Assembly (NCBI GenBank): GCA_050952625.1
Contig: JBMNLH010000007.1
Span: 1-64,000 of the forward strand
Length of the DNA stretch: 64,000 bases
DNA from: Bacillota bacterium
Lineage (GTDB): Bacteria > Bacillota > Ch66 > Ch109
Direction of reading: 5' to 3'
The translations under genes were made by a program, and so were the position numbers. The notes beneath the pieces are model-generated. The model was given only the letters and a program-made list of their open reading frames with translations, searched no databases and was not told the origin of the DNA. Positions 21,024 through 33,003 of the stretch are shown here, in pieces. Each line of letters begins with the position of its first letter. Within the stretch, counting starts at the first letter, position 1.

Positions 21024-21365
21024 CTATCCCTCCTTCTTTTCCCCGACTACTACCGTAATATGGCTGGTATATCTTCGCATCAGGTCTGCTCTGCCCCGGG
21101 CCCTTGGACTCAATCGCTTAATAACCGGACCCTGATCTACCCAAATCCCCCGGACGTAGAGGTCGTCGCGAATCAGGTCCAAATTGTTTTCAGCGTTGGC
21201 AATGGCTGAACGCAAGACCTTTTGAATGACCTCAGTCGCTGTACTGGGAACAAATTTTAGAATAGCTAAAGCCTCGTCTACTTTTTTACCCCGAATCAAG
21301 TCCACAACCTGACGGGCTTTTCGGGGAGAGACCCGGATATACCTGGCAATAGCTCTTGCTTCCAT
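21024..21365 (-). CDS. rplV: 50S ribosomal protein L22
   Basis: [21 protein letters not shown]. Confidence 0.99.
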   Translation of the reverse strand: MEARAIARYIRVSPRKARQVVDLIRGKKVDEALAILKFVPSTATEVIQKVLRSAIANAENNLDLIRDDLYVRGIWVDQGPVIKRLSPRARGRADLMRRYTSHITVVVGEKKEG

Positions 21366-21385
21366 AATATCTCTCCTCCTGCCGC

Positions 21386-21670
21386 CTACTTCAAAGCAGT
21401 TGATCTTTCAGTGTGTGACCCGTGACCTCTAAAAAATCGGGTGGGTGCAAATTCACCCAATTTATGGCCAACCATGTCTTCGGTAATGTATACCGGTACA
21501 TGTTTCCGCCCGTCATGAACCGCCAGGGTGTGTCCGACCATTTCTGGAAAAATAGTTGACCGTCGGGACCAAGTCTTAATAACTTTTTTATCGCCAGACT
21601 CGTTCATGGCCTCAACCTTGGCGAGTAATTTCTTATCCACATACGGTCCTTTTTTAATGGACCTACCCAT
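21386..21670 (-). CDS. rpsS: 30S ribosomal protein S19
   Basis: [27 protein letters not shown]. Confidence 0.99.
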   Translation of the reverse strand: MGRSIKKGPYVDKKLLAKVEAMNESGDKKVIKTWSRRSTIFPEMVGHTLAVHDGRKHVPVYITEDMVGHKLGEFAPTRFFRGHGSHTERSTALK

Positions 21671-21695
21671 GTTTCGGCTCACCTCCTCGATCTAT

Positions 21696-22523
21696 CTATT
21701 TAGTTCTCCGCGTAATAATCAGCTTATCCGAAGCTTTCGGCTTCCGGGTCCGACCACCAATGGCCACTTTCCCCCAGGGAGTCATCGGTGTTTTCCGGCC
21801 AATTGGTGACCGACCTTCCCCGCCGCCGTGCGGATGGTCTACCGGATTCATGACCACGCCGCGAACAGACGGCCTGATGCCTTTCCAACGGTTACGACCC
21901 GCTTTACCGACGGTAATATTCTCATGGTCTAAATTGCCTACTTGACCAATAGTCGCCCGACAAGTGCTTAATACTTGTCGCATTTCACCCGAAGGGAGCC
22001 GCAAGGTCGCGTATTTGCCTTCTTTAGCCATCAACTGAACTGCTTCCCCGGCCGAGCGGCTAAGTTGCCCTCCCTTACCCGGTTTCAGTTCTATGTTATG
22101 AATAAAGGTGCCGACCGGAATATTTTGCAAAGGCAGCGCATTACCGACTTTAATGTCTGCATCCGGTCCGGAGACAACAGTATCTCCCACCTTTAATCCG
22201 TGAGGGGCCAAAATATATCTTTTTTCCCCATCCACGTAATTCAATAAAGCGATATTGGCTGAACGGTTAGGATCGTATTCAATACTCGCTACCCGAGCTG
22301 GAATGCTGTCCTTATTCCGTTTAAAATCAATTATGCGGTATTGTCGTTTATGTCCGCCGCCCTTATGGCGTACTGTCAAGCGACCTTGGGTATTTCGCCC
22401 GCCGGACTTTTTCAAAGGTTTTAACAACGACTTCTCGGGTCGGTCAGTGGTTATTTCATCAAAGGTTAAGACTGTCATCTGCCGCCGCCCCGGTGTGGTC
22501 GGTTTAAATTGCTTTACACCCAA
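21696..22523 (-). CDS. rplB: 50S ribosomal protein L2
   Basis: [22 protein letters not shown]. Confidence 0.99.
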   Translation of the reverse strand: MGVKQFKPTTPGRRQMTVLTFDEITTDRPEKSLLKPLKKSGGRNTQGRLTVRHKGGGHKRQYRIIDFKRNKDSIPARVASIEYDPNRSANIALLNYVDGEKRYILAPHGLKVGDTVVSGPDADIKVGNALPLQNIPVGTFIHNIELKPGKGGQLSRSAGEAVQLMAKEGKYATLRLPSGEMRQVLSTCRATIGQVGNLDHENITVGKAGRNRWKGIRPSVRGVVMNPVDHPHGGGEGRSPIGRKTPMTPWGKVAIGGRTRKPKASDKLIITRRTK

Positions 22524-22551
22524 GGAAATCCCCCTCCTTTAGTTCGCAAAC

Positions 22552-22839
22552 CTACATTCCTTCAAAGATGGCGATTCGGTCCCCCGGGCGCAGGGTGACA
22601 ATAGCTTTTTTCCGATCCGAGGTTCGGCCTACATAACGTCCCCTTCGCTTTTCTTTTCCCTTGACGACCATGGTTCTCACGTCAGTCACATTTACTTTAA
22701 ACATCTGCTCAACAGCATGCTTAATTTCGATCTTATTAGCGTCTCGGTTAACATAAAATGTATACTTGTTATCCGCCAATAAGTTGGTACTTTTTTCGGT
22801 CACTACCGGTCGCACCAGCACTTCCCGTGCATCTCGCAT
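22552..22839 (-). CDS. rplW: 50S ribosomal protein L23
   Basis: PVVTEKS, ANKIEIK, KKAIVTL. Confidence 0.98.
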   Translation of the reverse strand: MRDAREVLVRPVVTEKSTNLLADNKYTFYVNRDANKIEIKHAVEQMFKVNVTDVRTMVVKGKEKRRGRYVGRTSDRKKAIVTLRPGDRIAIFEGM

Positions 22840-23462
22840 CAGGCCAGCACCTCCTCTACCCGGTTTACGGCCTCCTTAGTCATAACTAATTTGTCGCAGT
22901 TGAGAATGTCGTAAACGTTCAAACCAGATGAGATCAAGGGTTTAATCCCCGGAATGTTTCGGGCGGATTTAGCGACGTTTACGTTATTATCACTGGTCAC
23001 AATTAAGGCCTTCCGATCCACCCGAAGATTTTGCAACACACTAACCATATCCTTAGTCTTCGGTTGCTCGAAATTCAGGTCATCTAGGACAATTAAATCT
23101 CCGCTTAGCACTTTGGCGGACAGGGCTGATTTTAAAGCCAGCCGCCGCACTTTTTTAGGCAACGTGTAGGCGTAACTCCGCGGATGCGGGCCAAAGACAA
23201 TCCCCCCCTTACGCCACAGGGGAGAGCGTCGCATCCCGGCGCGAGCCCGGCCGGTCCCTTTCTGTCGCCACGGCTTTTTATTGCTGCCGCGAACTTCTCC
23301 TTTTCCTTTAGTATCTGCTGTGCCTCTGCGCCAGGAGGCCATTTGACAGACTACCATCTCATGCAGGACCGCCTCATTTGGTTCTATTCCGAAAACTTCA
23401 TCCTTTAACTCGATTTCTCCAATGGTTTCCCCTTTGCTGTTCATCAAAGCTACCTTTGGCAC
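22839..23462 (-). CDS. rplD: 50S ribosomal protein L4
   Basis: [20 protein letters not shown]. Confidence 0.99.
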   Translation of the reverse strand: MPKVALMNSKGETIGEIELKDEVFGIEPNEAVLHEMVVCQMASWRRGTADTKGKGEVRGSNKKPWRQKGTGRARAGMRRSPLWRKGGIVFGPHPRSYAYTLPKKVRRLALKSALSAKVLSGDLIVLDDLNFEQPKTKDMVSVLQNLRVDRKALIVTSDNNVNVAKSARNIPGIKPLISSGLNVYDILNCDKLVMTKEAVNRVEEVLA

Positions 23463-23495
23463 GATACCTCACTCCTCCTTTCTCAACGGGCAGCA

Positions 23496-24125
23496 TTATC
23501 TGGCTTTTACTGCACTTTTAACCACCAGGAGGCCGCGCCTGGGACCCGGAACTGCCCCCTTGAGTAAAAGGAGGTTACGCTCAGCATCTACTCTTACCAC
23601 TTCCAGGTTCTGAACTGTAACCCGGACTGCACCTAAATGGCCGGGTAATTTGCGTCCTTTAAAGACCCGGCCCGGACCTTTGGCCGCTAGTGAACCGGGG
23701 CGACGATGGTATTTGGAACCATGTTTCATCGGCCCACGGTGGAAGCCGTGCCGTTTGATACCGCCCGCAAAACCTTTCCCTTTCGAGGTCCCGGTCACAT
23801 CTACCATTTCACCGGGAGCAAAAATATCTGCTTTAATTTCCTGACCCACCTGGAAACCTTCAACGTCGTCAGTTCGCAATTCTCGAATATGACGCAGGGG
23901 TTTAACGTGGGCCTTTTGAAAATGTCCCTTCATGGGCTTATTCACCAGGGATTCCCGAATATCCCCAAACCCAACTTGAATCGCGCTGTAACCGTCCTGG
24001 TTCGGAGTTTTCTTTTGCACTACTATACATGGGCCGGCCTCAATTACTGTAACCGGGATGGCTTGCCCTGTTTCACTGAATATCTGTGTCATCCCTAGTT
24101 TTTTGCCCAGAATACCTTTGGACAC
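23496..24125 (-). CDS. rplC: 50S ribosomal protein L3
   Basis: [22 protein letters not shown]. Confidence 0.99.
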   Translation of the reverse strand: MSKGILGKKLGMTQIFSETGQAIPVTVIEAGPCIVVQKKTPNQDGYSAIQVGFGDIRESLVNKPMKGHFQKAHVKPLRHIRELRTDDVEGFQVGQEIKADIFAPGEMVDVTGTSKGKGFAGGIKRHGFHRGPMKHGSKYHRRPGSLAAKGPGRVFKGRKLPGHLGAVRVTVQNLEVVRVDAERNLLLLKGAVPGPRRGLLVVKSAVKAR

Positions 24126-24170
24126 TACCTGCACCTCCTGTTTCCCTGGCACTCTACTAGCCGCAATTTG

Positions 24171-24479
24171 CTATAATTTGATTTCAATGTCTACTCCGGC
24201 CGGTAAGTCCAGACGCATCAAGGCATCCACCGTTTTCGGCGTTGGCTCAACTATATCAATCAGCCGCTTATGGGTACGCATCTCAAATTGTTCGCGCGAG
24301 TCTTTATTGACATGCGGAGAACGCAAAATAGTATAAATGTTTTTCTCCGTCGGCAAGGGAATTGGGCCTGACACCGCCGCTCCGGTTCTTTTGGCTGTAT
24401 CAACAATTTTCACTGCTGACTGATCAAGCAAATGGTGATCAAAAGCCTTGAGCCGGATACGGATTTTTTGCTTTGCCAT
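24171..24479 (-). CDS. rpsJ: 30S ribosomal protein S10
   Basis: [30 protein letters not shown]. Confidence 0.99.
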   Translation of the reverse strand: MAKQKIRIRLKAFDHHLLDQSAVKIVDTAKRTGAAVSGPIPLPTEKNIYTILRSPHVNKDSREQFEMRTHKRLIDIVEPTPKTVDALMRLDLPAGVDIEIKL

Positions 24480-24538
24480 TTTGATAGTTCCCTCCTTATT
24501 GCCACTTGCGCCAATAGGCGGGAGGCAAGAATCCAATC

Positions 24539-25741
24539 CTATTCAATAATGCCGGTCACGACACCAGCACCTACGGTCCGACCACCTTCTCGAATCGCAA
24601 ACCGCAGTCCTTCTTCAATCGCAATCGGGGTGATCAGTTCAATAGTCATCCGAATGTTGTCCCCGGGCATAACCATCTCTACACCTTCCGGCAGGGTCGC
24701 GACACCAGTCACGTCTGTGGTCCGGAAATAGAATTGGGGTCGATAACCATTGAAAAATGGGGTGTGCCGTCCACCTTCGTCTTTCGTTAGGACATAGACT
24801 TCAGCCTGATAGTGGGTGTGCGGTTTAATGGAACCAGGCTTCGCTAAAACTTGACCCCGTTCGATTTCTTTTCGATCAACCCCCCTGAGCAGAGTGCCGA
24901 TGTTGTCACCCGCTTGGGCAAAGTCGAGAATCTTGCGGAACATCTCCACCCCAGTGCAGACAGTCTTGCGCACATCTTCCCGCAAACCAACGATTTCTAT
25001 TTCCTCGCCCACCTTGATCGTGCCCCGCTCGACCCGACCAGTGGCCACGGTGCCTCGGCCAGTAATGGTAAAGACGTCTTCGACCGGCATCAGGAATGGC
25101 TTATCCACGGCCCGTTCCGGAATCGGCACGTAAGCGTCGACAGCGTCCATCAAATCCCAAACCACCTTGCAGTTCGGGCATTCCCGACCGCCACAGGCAC
25201 ATTCCATCGCCTTTAAAGCGGAACCCCGGATTACCGGAATGTCGTCTCCCGGGAATTCATACATATTCAACAGGTCACGGACTTCCATTTCAACCAGTTC
25301 GAGTAATTCTTCGTCGTCAACCATATCCACTTTATTCAGGAAGACGACAATATAAGGAACGCCAACCTGACGTGCCAGCAAAATGTGCTCTCGGGTCTGC
25401 GGCATGGGACCGTCAGCTGCGGAGACCACCAGAATGGCTCCGTCCATCTGGGCCGCTCCAGTAATCATGTTTTTAACGTAGTCTGCGTGACCCGGGCAAT
25501 CCACATGGGCATAATGTCGGTTGCCGGTTTCGTATTCCACGTGAGAGGTAGAGATCGTAATCCCTCTTTCTCTTTCTTCCGGGGCTTTATCAATCTGATC
25601 ATAAGCTGTGGCTATCGCGCCGCCGGCTTTGGCAAGACAAATGGTGATGGCGGCGGTCAAGGTGGTTTTACCATGGTCCACGTGCCCAATCGTGCCTATA
25701 TTCACGTGGGGTTTGGTTCTTTCAAATTTTTTCTTGGCCAT
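24539..25741 (-). CDS. tuf: Elongation factor Tu (str-operon copy)
   Basis: [30 protein letters not shown]. Confidence 0.99.
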   Translation of the reverse strand: MAKKKFERTKPHVNIGTIGHVDHGKTTLTAAITICLAKAGGAIATAYDQIDKAPEERERGITISTSHVEYETGNRHYAHVDCPGHADYVKNMITGAAQMDGAILVVSAADGPMPQTREHILLARQVGVPYIVVFLNKVDMVDDEELLELVEMEVRDLLNMYEFPGDDIPVIRGSALKAMECACGGRECPNCKVVWDLMDAVDAYVPIPERAVDKPFLMPVEDVFTITGRGTVATGRVERGTIKVGEEIEIVGLREDVRKTVCTGVEMFRKILDFAQAGDNIGTLLRGVDRKEIERGQVLAKPGSIKPHTHYQAEVYVLTKDEGGRHTPFFNGYRPQFYFRTTDVTGVATLPEGVEMVMPGDNIRMTIELITPIAIEEGLRFAIREGGRTVGAGVVTGIIE

Positions 25742-25831
25742 TTTAGTTATCCTTCCTTTCACTCGGGAGAATTACATTTTTATATTAGTTGTTTTTTATA
25801 TATTTGCATTTTTGTATTATCTAAGCTTAAG

Positions 25832-27928
25832 CTAGCCTAAGCCGTATCGACGAGCAATAATTTTTTCACTGATGTTACTCGGTACCACTTCAAAATGCGA
25901 AAATTGCATTACGTGATTGCCTCGGCCCTGGGTACTGGAACGCAGATCCGTAGTATAACCGAACATCTCAGCCAGGGGAACAAAAGCTCGAATAATCTGC
26001 AGACTGCCTTGATGTTCAATACCCTGAATCCGGCCTCGCCGGGCGTTCAGATCACCGATGACATCGCCCACATAGTCTTCCGGTACCAAAATCTCCACTT
26101 TCATTACCGGCTCTAAAAGCACAGTACTCCCTTTCGACATACCGGCCCGCAGGGCCATCGAACCCGCCATCTTGAAGGCTATTTCCGAGGAATCCACTTC
26201 ATGATATGAACCATCATATAAGGTAACGCGAATATCTACGACCGGGTAACCGGCCATAACCCCGCATTCCATAGCTTCCCGCACTCCGGCTTCAACGGCT
26301 GGAATATACTCTTTCGGTATTGCCCCGGCCACAATCCGGTTAACAAACTCAAAGCCTTTCCCTAATTCTTGCGGCTCTAGTTCCAACCAGACATGGCCAT
26401 ACTGACCGCGACCGCCGGTTTGTTTAATAAATCGGCCTTCGGCCCGAACCCGGTTGCTCAGGGTTTCTCGGTAAGCCACCTGCGGCTTACCAACATCGGC
26501 GTTAACTTTAAATTCGCGCAGCAAACGGTCTGTAATTATCTCCAGGTGCAACTCACCCATTCCGGAAATAATAACCTGACCGGTTTCTGCATCCACCGAG
26601 GTTTTAAAAGTGGGGTCCTCTTCGGCTAGTTTTTGCAAGGCACCGGCCATTTTATCCTGGTCCGCCTTACTTCTAGGTTCAATCGCTACATCAATCACTG
26701 GTTCCGGAAAGCTCATGGACTCCAAAATAACCGCTGCCTGCTCATCGCACAAGGTATCGCCCGTAAAAGTATCCCGTAGACCAACCGCTGCTACAATGTC
26801 ACCGGTCCTGACTTCATTGACCTCTTCCCGGTGGTTAGCATGCATCTGCAATAAACGGCCAATTCTTTCCTTGCGATCCCGGGTGGCGTTATAAACATAA
26901 GAGCCTGATTTAAGCTTACCAGAGTAAACCCTGAAATAAGTTAACTTGCCGACATATGGATCAACAGCAATCTTAAACGCCAGAGCAGAAAAGGGTTCAT
27001 CATCGCTGGCCCTTCGCTCCACTTCTTGACCAGTGTCACGAACGACTCCCTGGATTGCTGGAATATCCCTTGGGGAAGGCAAGTAATGCACCACTGCATC
27101 TAGCAGATTTTGGACTCCGCGGTTTCGAAATGAGGTCCCGCAAAGAACCGGAATAAACTTGACCGCCAGTGTGGCTTGACGAATGCCCTGGTAGATTTCC
27201 TGCTCAGTTAAAGTTTCTCCCTCCAGATATTTAACCATCAGGTCCTCATTCGCTTCAGCTACTGCTTCCAGCAACGCTTCGCGGTACCGAGCGGCTTGAT
27301 CGCTTAACTCGGCTGGAACCTCGGTTATCCGAGGTTCGATTCCCAGTTCATCGTCTTCCCGATAGATAATCGCCTGGTTAGTTACCAAATCAATTATTCC
27401 TTGGAAAGAGTCCTCCGCCCCAATCGGCAGTTGAATCGGCAATGCTTTTGCCCCCAGCCGCTCATTGATCATGGCCACAGCCCCGTAAAAATCGGCCCCA
27501 ACTCGATCCATTTTGTTAATATAGGCAATCCGGGGAACCTGATAGTGGTCTGCCTGCCGCCAAACAGTTTCGGACTGGGGCTGTACCCCGGCAACCGCAC
27601 AAAAGATGGCGATCGCTCCATCCAAAACGCGCAACGAGCGTTCAACTTCGACGGTGAAGTCCACGTGCCCGGGAGTGTCGATAATATTTATACGATAATT
27701 TTTCCAGTAACAGGTAGTCGCCGCGGAAGTAATAGTGATACCGCGTTCTTGTTCTTGAGGCATCCAGTCCATTGTTGCTGACCCACTATCAACCTCGCCC
27801 ATCCGGTGTACCCGTCCAGTATAAAACAACATCCGCTCAGTCGTTGTTGTTTTACCAGCATCAATATGGGCCATTATCCCGATATTCCGAATCCCCTTGA
27901 TACCAGCCCCTTCATTATATCGCATCAC
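25832..27928 (-). CDS. fusA: Elongation factor G
   Basis: [33 protein letters not shown]; between rpsG and tuf. Confidence 0.98.
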   Translation of the reverse strand: MMRYNEGAGIKGIRNIGIMAHIDAGKTTTTERMLFYTGRVHRMGEVDSGSATMDWMPQEQERGITITSAATTCYWKNYRINIIDTPGHVDFTVEVERSLRVLDGAIAIFCAVAGVQPQSETVWRQADHYQVPRIAYINKMDRVGADFYGAVAMINERLGAKALPIQLPIGAEDSFQGIIDLVTNQAIIYREDDELGIEPRITEVPAELSDQAARYREALLEAVAEANEDLMVKYLEGETLTEQEIYQGIRQATLAVKFIPVLCGTSFRNRGVQNLLDAVVHYLPSPRDIPAIQGVVRDTGQEVERRASDDEPFSALAFKIAVDPYVGKLTYFRVYSGKLKSGSYVYNATRDRKERIGRLLQMHANHREEVNEVRTGDIVAAVGLRDTFTGDTLCDEQAAVILESMSFPEPVIDVAIEPRSKADQDKMAGALQKLAEEDPTFKTSVDAETGQVIISGMGELHLEIITDRLLREFKVNADVGKPQVAYRETLSNRVRAEGRFIKQTGGRGQYGHVWLELEPQELGKGFEFVNRIVAGAIPKEYIPAVEAGVREAMECGVMAGYPVVDIRVTLYDGSYHEVDSSEIAFKMAGSMALRAGMSKGSTVLLEPVMKVEILVPEDYVGDVIGDLNARRGRIQGIEHQGSLQIIRAFVPLAEMFGYTTDLRSSTQGRGNHVMQFSHFEVVPSNISEKIIARRYGLG

Positions 27929-27985
27929 TATTCCCTCCTTTCCGCGGATAAAAGAAAATCTGAAATCTGCAATTAACTCTAAATC

Positions 27986-28489
<504 letters not shown>

Positions 28490-28569
28490 TCACCTATATC
28501 TCGGCGTCTTACTGTGCTCAGTATTATCTCTGGTTTAATTGCTCAAAAAGGCTAACATAGATTAATTGA

Positions 28570-28971
28570 CTACTTTTTGGCAGTCCCCTTAACTGCGCCT
28601 TTCTTTGGCCGTTTCGCGCCATACTTAGAGCGAGCCTGACCTCGGTTTTGGACGCCAGAAGAATCTAACGATCCCCGGACAATATGATATCTTACGCCCG
28701 GTAAATCTTTAACCCGGCCACCCCGAACCAATACCACCGAGTGCTCCTGAAGGTTATGCCCGATGCCGGGGATATAAGACGTAACTTCAATACCATTAGT
28801 TAGTCGAACCCGAGCTACTTTCCGCAAAGCCGAATTAGGCTTCTTGGGAGTAGTCGTATAAACGCGAGTACATACCCCTCGCTTTTGAGGGCACTCTTTC
28901 AAGGCTGGAGCAGTTGATTTTTGGGCCAGTTCTTCTCTGCCCTGTCGTATTAATTGGCTAATTGTCGGCAA
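28570..28971 (-). CDS. rpsL: 30S ribosomal protein S12
   Basis: [29 protein letters not shown]. Confidence 0.99.
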   Translation of the reverse strand: MPTISQLIRQGREELAQKSTAPALKECPQKRGVCTRVYTTTPKKPNSALRKVARVRLTNGIEVTSYIPGIGHNLQEHSVVLVRGGRVKDLPGVRYHIVRGSLDSSGVQNRGQARSKYGAKRPKKGAVKGTAKK

Positions 28972-29059
28972 ATACAATGCACCTCCTTCCTAGTATTAAC
29001 TATTAATTATTTTAACTATAAAAAATTTCTATGCTTTTGCAGGCATTGCACCAGCCTCA

Positions 29060-29311
29060 TTAATCCTTCAAAATACTAGCCGAGGCGGAGCGCACATCAA
29101 TGCCACAAGCACTTCCCAGGGCGGCCATTGATTCAATATAGATTATTTCAATCTCTTTTTGACGACAGAGATCTTCTAAAGGACGAATAACCTGCGGTTC
29201 AGCATCACGGGCGATATAGACTAGCTTAACGGCATCTCTTTCAACCGCTTTTTGGGTCTGTTTGGTCCCGATGGTTTTCTTTCGCGCCGCTTTTAGTCTT
29301 TCTAAGGGCAT
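29060..29311 (-). CDS. L7Ae-family K-turn binding protein (YbxF-like)
   Basis: IGTKQTQKA, YIARDAE, LGSACGIDV; immediately upstream of rpsL. Confidence 0.93.
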   Translation of the reverse strand: MPLERLKAARKKTIGTKQTQKAVERDAVKLVYIARDAEPQVIRPLEDLCRQKEIEIIYIESMAALGSACGIDVRSASASILKD

Positions 29312-29347
29312 CTTCCAACCCCCTTCAGCTAATTCGCACACTTGGAT

Positions 29348-29376
29348 ATTTTATCATCCACCATTTTCTGTGTCAA
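29348..29376 (-). promoter_or_regulatory. SigA promoter of the str operon
   Basis: TTGACA-N17-TAAAAT with TGn extended -10. Confidence 0.75.
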
Positions 29377-29388
29377 CTATTTGTTCAA

Positions 29389-32300
29389 CTAGGAAGGATT
29401 AATCTCCTCATTTGCATTTATCTCTGTAATACCGTCTTCTGCTGCTTCCTCAGATAGAATCTGGATATTCCGATAGCGGGTCATCCCGGTGCCGGCTGGG
29501 ATCAGCTTGCCAATAATCACATTTTCTTTGAGACCGAGCAACGGATCAATCTTGCCTTTAATAGCCGCCTCAGTTAGGACCCGCGTTGTTTCTTGGAAGG
29601 AAGCAGCCGACAAGAATGAATCAGTCGCTAGCGAAGCTTTAGTGATTCCGAGCAATACTGGTTTAGCCGTCGCTGGCTCCATTCCTTCAGCAATAACCCG
29701 AGCATTTTCGTCCTCAAAATCAAACAAATCAATTAACCCACCCGGCAGCAAATCGGTCTCACCCGGATCCTCAATCTTGACCTTACGCAGCATTTGCCGA
29801 ACAATGACCTCAATGTGCTTATCATTAATATCCACCCCCTGGAGCCGGTACACGCGCTGTACCTCACGCAGCAGATAGCTTTGGACTCCTTGAACACCCT
29901 TAACCTTTAAAATATCATGCGGATTCACCGAGCCCTCGGTCAGCTCATCACCAGCCTCTACGCGTTGGCCATCGACTACCTTGAAACGTGACCCAAAGGG
30001 GACTGGATAGGTCACGATCTCCCCGGAATCCTGGTTAGTTATCTCGATTTCTCGGCGACCCTTATTCTCGGTAATCTTTAAATACCCGTCAATCTCGGCG
30101 ATAACTGCTTGGCCTTTGGGTTTTCGAGCTTCAAACAATTCCTCTACCCGGGGAAGACCCTGAGTGATATCATCTCCCGCTACGCCGCCAGTATGGAAGG
30201 TCCGCATGGTCAGCTGGGTGCCTGGTTCGCCGATCGATTGAGCAGCAATAATTCCCACCGCTTCCCCAATCTCGACTTTGTGCCCGGTAGCCAGATTGCG
30301 TCCGTAGCATTTTTGACACACTCCGTAGCGAGTCCGGCAGGTCAGGACCGAACGAATCCGCAGTTTAACTGCTTGGCCGCGCTGTTTCATATACTGCACA
30401 TAATTACTAATCCGCGCCGCCATTTCTTCCTCGATCAAGATATTGGCCTCTAGAGACACCCCTGGATCTTCCTCAAGAACCTCGCCGGTTACTGGATCAA
30501 CTTTTTTCGGCCAAGGAGTGATCGTAAAAGGCTCCGCCAAATACCGACCGCTGATCCGTTCCTCTATTCCTTCAATTACTTCCGTTCCGTCCTTGATTTC
30601 TTCAATATCTATTCCATCGTAGCAGCCATCAGTGCGGTCCCACATGCAATCTTCCTCGCGGACAATCACATCCTGGGAGACATCGACCAACCGCCGAGTA
30701 AGATAACCGGAGTCTGCGGTCCGCAGGGCTGTATCAGCCAGACCTTTACGGGCTCCATGGGTTGAGATGAAGTACTCTAAGACAGTTAACCCTTCCCGAA
30801 AGTTTGCCTTGATTGGCAGGTCAATAATTCGCCCGGAAGGATCGGCCATCAATCCCCGCATTCCAGCTAATTGCCGGATCTGCTGCACATTACCCCGGGC
30901 CCCTGAATTAGCCATCATGTAAACTGGATTAAATTTATCCAGGGTTTCTAACAGAGTTGCGGTAACATCCTCGGTGGCCTTGTTCCAAAGCGTAATGACT
31001 TTTTGATAACGTTCGTCTTCCGTAATAAAGCCCCGTCGGAACTGCTGCTCAATTTTGTCGACTTCGGAGTCCGTATTAGCCAAAATCTCAGCCTTCCGGC
31101 CAGGAACTTGAATATCGCTGATGCCGACCGTGATCCCGGCCTGCGTAGCATAGGTAAACCCTAACTTTTTAATCCCATCCAACATTAGCGCGGTTATCTC
31201 ATTACCCAATTTGCGGTAGCAGTGATCCACAATTCGCCCCAAAACCTTTTTGCCGACCATTTCGTTAATCATGCCCTCCGGTAATTCCTGCTTAATTTCT
31301 TCCGGTAAGGCCTCATTAAAAATCAGTCGACCAACGGTCGTGGTAACAATTTTACCCCGGTGCCTGACTCTAATCCGCGATTGCAGCTCAATGTCTTTAT
31401 TTTCATAGGCCATAAAGGCTTCTTCATAGCTGGCAAATGCCTTGCCTTCACCTTTGGCTCCTTCTTTCTCCACCGTCAGATAATAACAACCTAAAACCAT
31501 ATCCTGGGTTGGTGTAACTACTGGTCGGCCATCTTTGGGATTAAGGATATTATTCGAAGATAACATTAGCAGACGCGCTTCAGCCTGAGCCTCTGCTGAA
31601 AGAGGAACATGGACCGCCATCTGGTCGCCATCAAAGTCAGCGTTATAAGCGGTACAGACCAAAGGGTGAATCTGCAAAGCCCGGCCTTCGACTAGAACTG
31701 GTTCAAAAGCCTGAATCCCCAAACGGTGAAGCGTCGGTGCCCGGTTTAGCAATATCGGATGCTCGCTGATTACTTCCTCAAGGACATCCCATACTTCATT
31801 ACGCACGCGTTCCACCATGCGCTTGGCACTTTTTATATTGTGCGCATACCCGTCGTTAACCAGTCGCTTCATCACAAATGGTTTGAATAACTCCAGGGCC
31901 ATCTCTTTCGGCAGACCGCATTGGTGCAGCTTTAAATCCGGGCCAACCACAATCACCGAACGACCGGAATAGTCCACCCGTTTACCCAGTAGATTCTGTC
32001 GGAAACGCCCTTGCTTTCCTTTTAACATATCGCTTAAGGATTTGAGCGGACGGTTGCCTGGACCAGTGACCGGCCGACCGCGTCGACCATTGTCGATCAG
32101 GGCATCGACTGCCTCTTGCAACATCCGTTTTTCATTCCGGACAATGATATCCGGTGCTCCAAGATCAAGCAGTCGTTTCAACCGGTTGTTGCGGTTGATG
32201 ACTCGCCGGTACAGATCATTAAGATCAGACGTAGCAAAACGTCCGCCGTCCAACTGAACCATTGGTCTTAATTCGGGTGGTATTACCGGAATAACATCCA

Positions 32301-32985
32301 TGATCATCCATTCCGGACGATTCCCTGACTTTTTAAACGCTTCGACTACTTCCAAACGTCGAATAGCTCTAATCTTTCGTTGGCCGCTAACTTCCTTGAG
32401 TTCCTGTCTCAATTTGGCGGTCAGGTCATCCAGGTCAATTTCCTCAAGGAGTTCTTTGACTGCTTCTGCTCCCATTCCGGCCCAAAAACGCTGACCATAT
32501 TTGTCTCTTAGATCACGGTATTCGTTTTCCGTTAATAACTGTTTCTGGGTCAAGGATGGCACGTCGCCCGGATCAATTACGACATAAGAAACAAAGTAAA
32601 GTATTTTTTCCAGGGCCCTGGGAGACATATCCAGCAACAAGCCCATCCGGCTCGGAATTCCTTTGAAATACCAAATATGGGAAACTGGGGCCGCCAATTC
32701 AATATGACCCAATCTCTCTCGACGCACCTTGGAACGAGTTACTTCAACGCCGCAGCGATCACAGATAACTCCCTTGTAACGAACTCGTTTATACTTACCA
32801 CAATGGCACTCCCAATCCCGGGTAGGACCAAAAATCTTTTCGCAGAAAAGTCCTTCTCGCTCTGATTTTAGGGTCCGATAATTAATGGTTTCTGGTTTTT
32901 TTACTTCCCCACTCGACCAGGCCCGGATCTGCTCCGGCGAGGCTAACCTAATCCGCATGCGGTCAAAGTGATTAACGTCCAACAA
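29389..32985 (-). CDS. rpoC: RNA polymerase beta' subunit
   Basis: [40 protein letters not shown]. Confidence 0.99.
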   Translation of the reverse strand: MLDVNHFDRMRIRLASPEQIRAWSSGEVKKPETINYRTLKSEREGLFCEKIFGPTRDWECHCGKYKRVRYKGVICDRCGVEVTRSKVRRERLGHIELAAPVSHIWYFKGIPSRMGLLLDMSPRALEKILYFVSYVVIDPGDVPSLTQKQLLTENEYRDLRDKYGQRFWAGMGAEAVKELLEEIDLDDLTAKLRQELKEVSGQRKIRAIRRLEVVEAFKKSGNRPEWMIMDVIPVIPPELRPMVQLDGGRFATSDLNDLYRRVINRNNRLKRLLDLGAPDIIVRNEKRMLQEAVDALIDNGRRGRPVTGPGNRPLKSLSDMLKGKQGRFRQNLLGKRVDYSGRSVIVVGPDLKLHQCGLPKEMALELFKPFVMKRLVNDGYAHNIKSAKRMVERVRNEVWDVLEEVISEHPILLNRAPTLHRLGIQAFEPVLVEGRALQIHPLVCTAYNADFDGDQMAVHVPLSAEAQAEARLLMLSSNNILNPKDGRPVVTPTQDMVLGCYYLTVEKEGAKGEGKAFASYEEAFMAYENKDIELQSRIRVRHRGKIVTTTVGRLIFNEALPEEIKQELPEGMINEMVGKKVLGRIVDHCYRKLGNEITALMLDGIKKLGFTYATQAGITVGISDIQVPGRKAEILANTDSEVDKIEQQFRRGFITEDERYQKVITLWNKATEDVTATLLETLDKFNPVYMMANSGARGNVQQIRQLAGMRGLMADPSGRIIDLPIKANFREGLTVLEYFISTHGARKGLADTALRTADSGYLTRRLVDVSQDVIVREEDCMWDRTDGCYDGIDIEEIKDGTEVIEGIEERISGRYLAEPFTITPWPKKVDPVTGEVLEEDPGVSLEANILIEEEMAARISNYVQYMKQRGQAVKLRIRSVLTCRTRYGVCQKCYGRNLATGHKVEIGEAVGIIAAQSIGEPGTQLTMRTFHTGGVAGDDITQGLPRVEELFEARKPKGQAVIAEIDGYLKITENKGRREIEITNQDSGEIVTYPVPFGSRFKVVDGQRVEAGDELTEGSVNPHDILKVKGVQGVQSYLLREVQRVYRLQGVDINDKHIEVIVRQMLRKVKIEDPGETDLLPGGLIDLFDFEDENARVIAEGMEPATAKPVLLGITKASLATDSFLSAASFQETTRVLTEAAIKGKIDPLLGLKENVIIGKLIPAGTGMTRYRNIQILSEEAAEDGITEINANEEINPS

Positions 32986-33003
32986 GCCCTCTCCCCCTCT
33001 TAA

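Noticed and set aside
24480-24538. Very short tuf-rpsJ spacer without an S10 leader
   Set aside because: Contiguous str-S10 organisation is common in Firmicutes.
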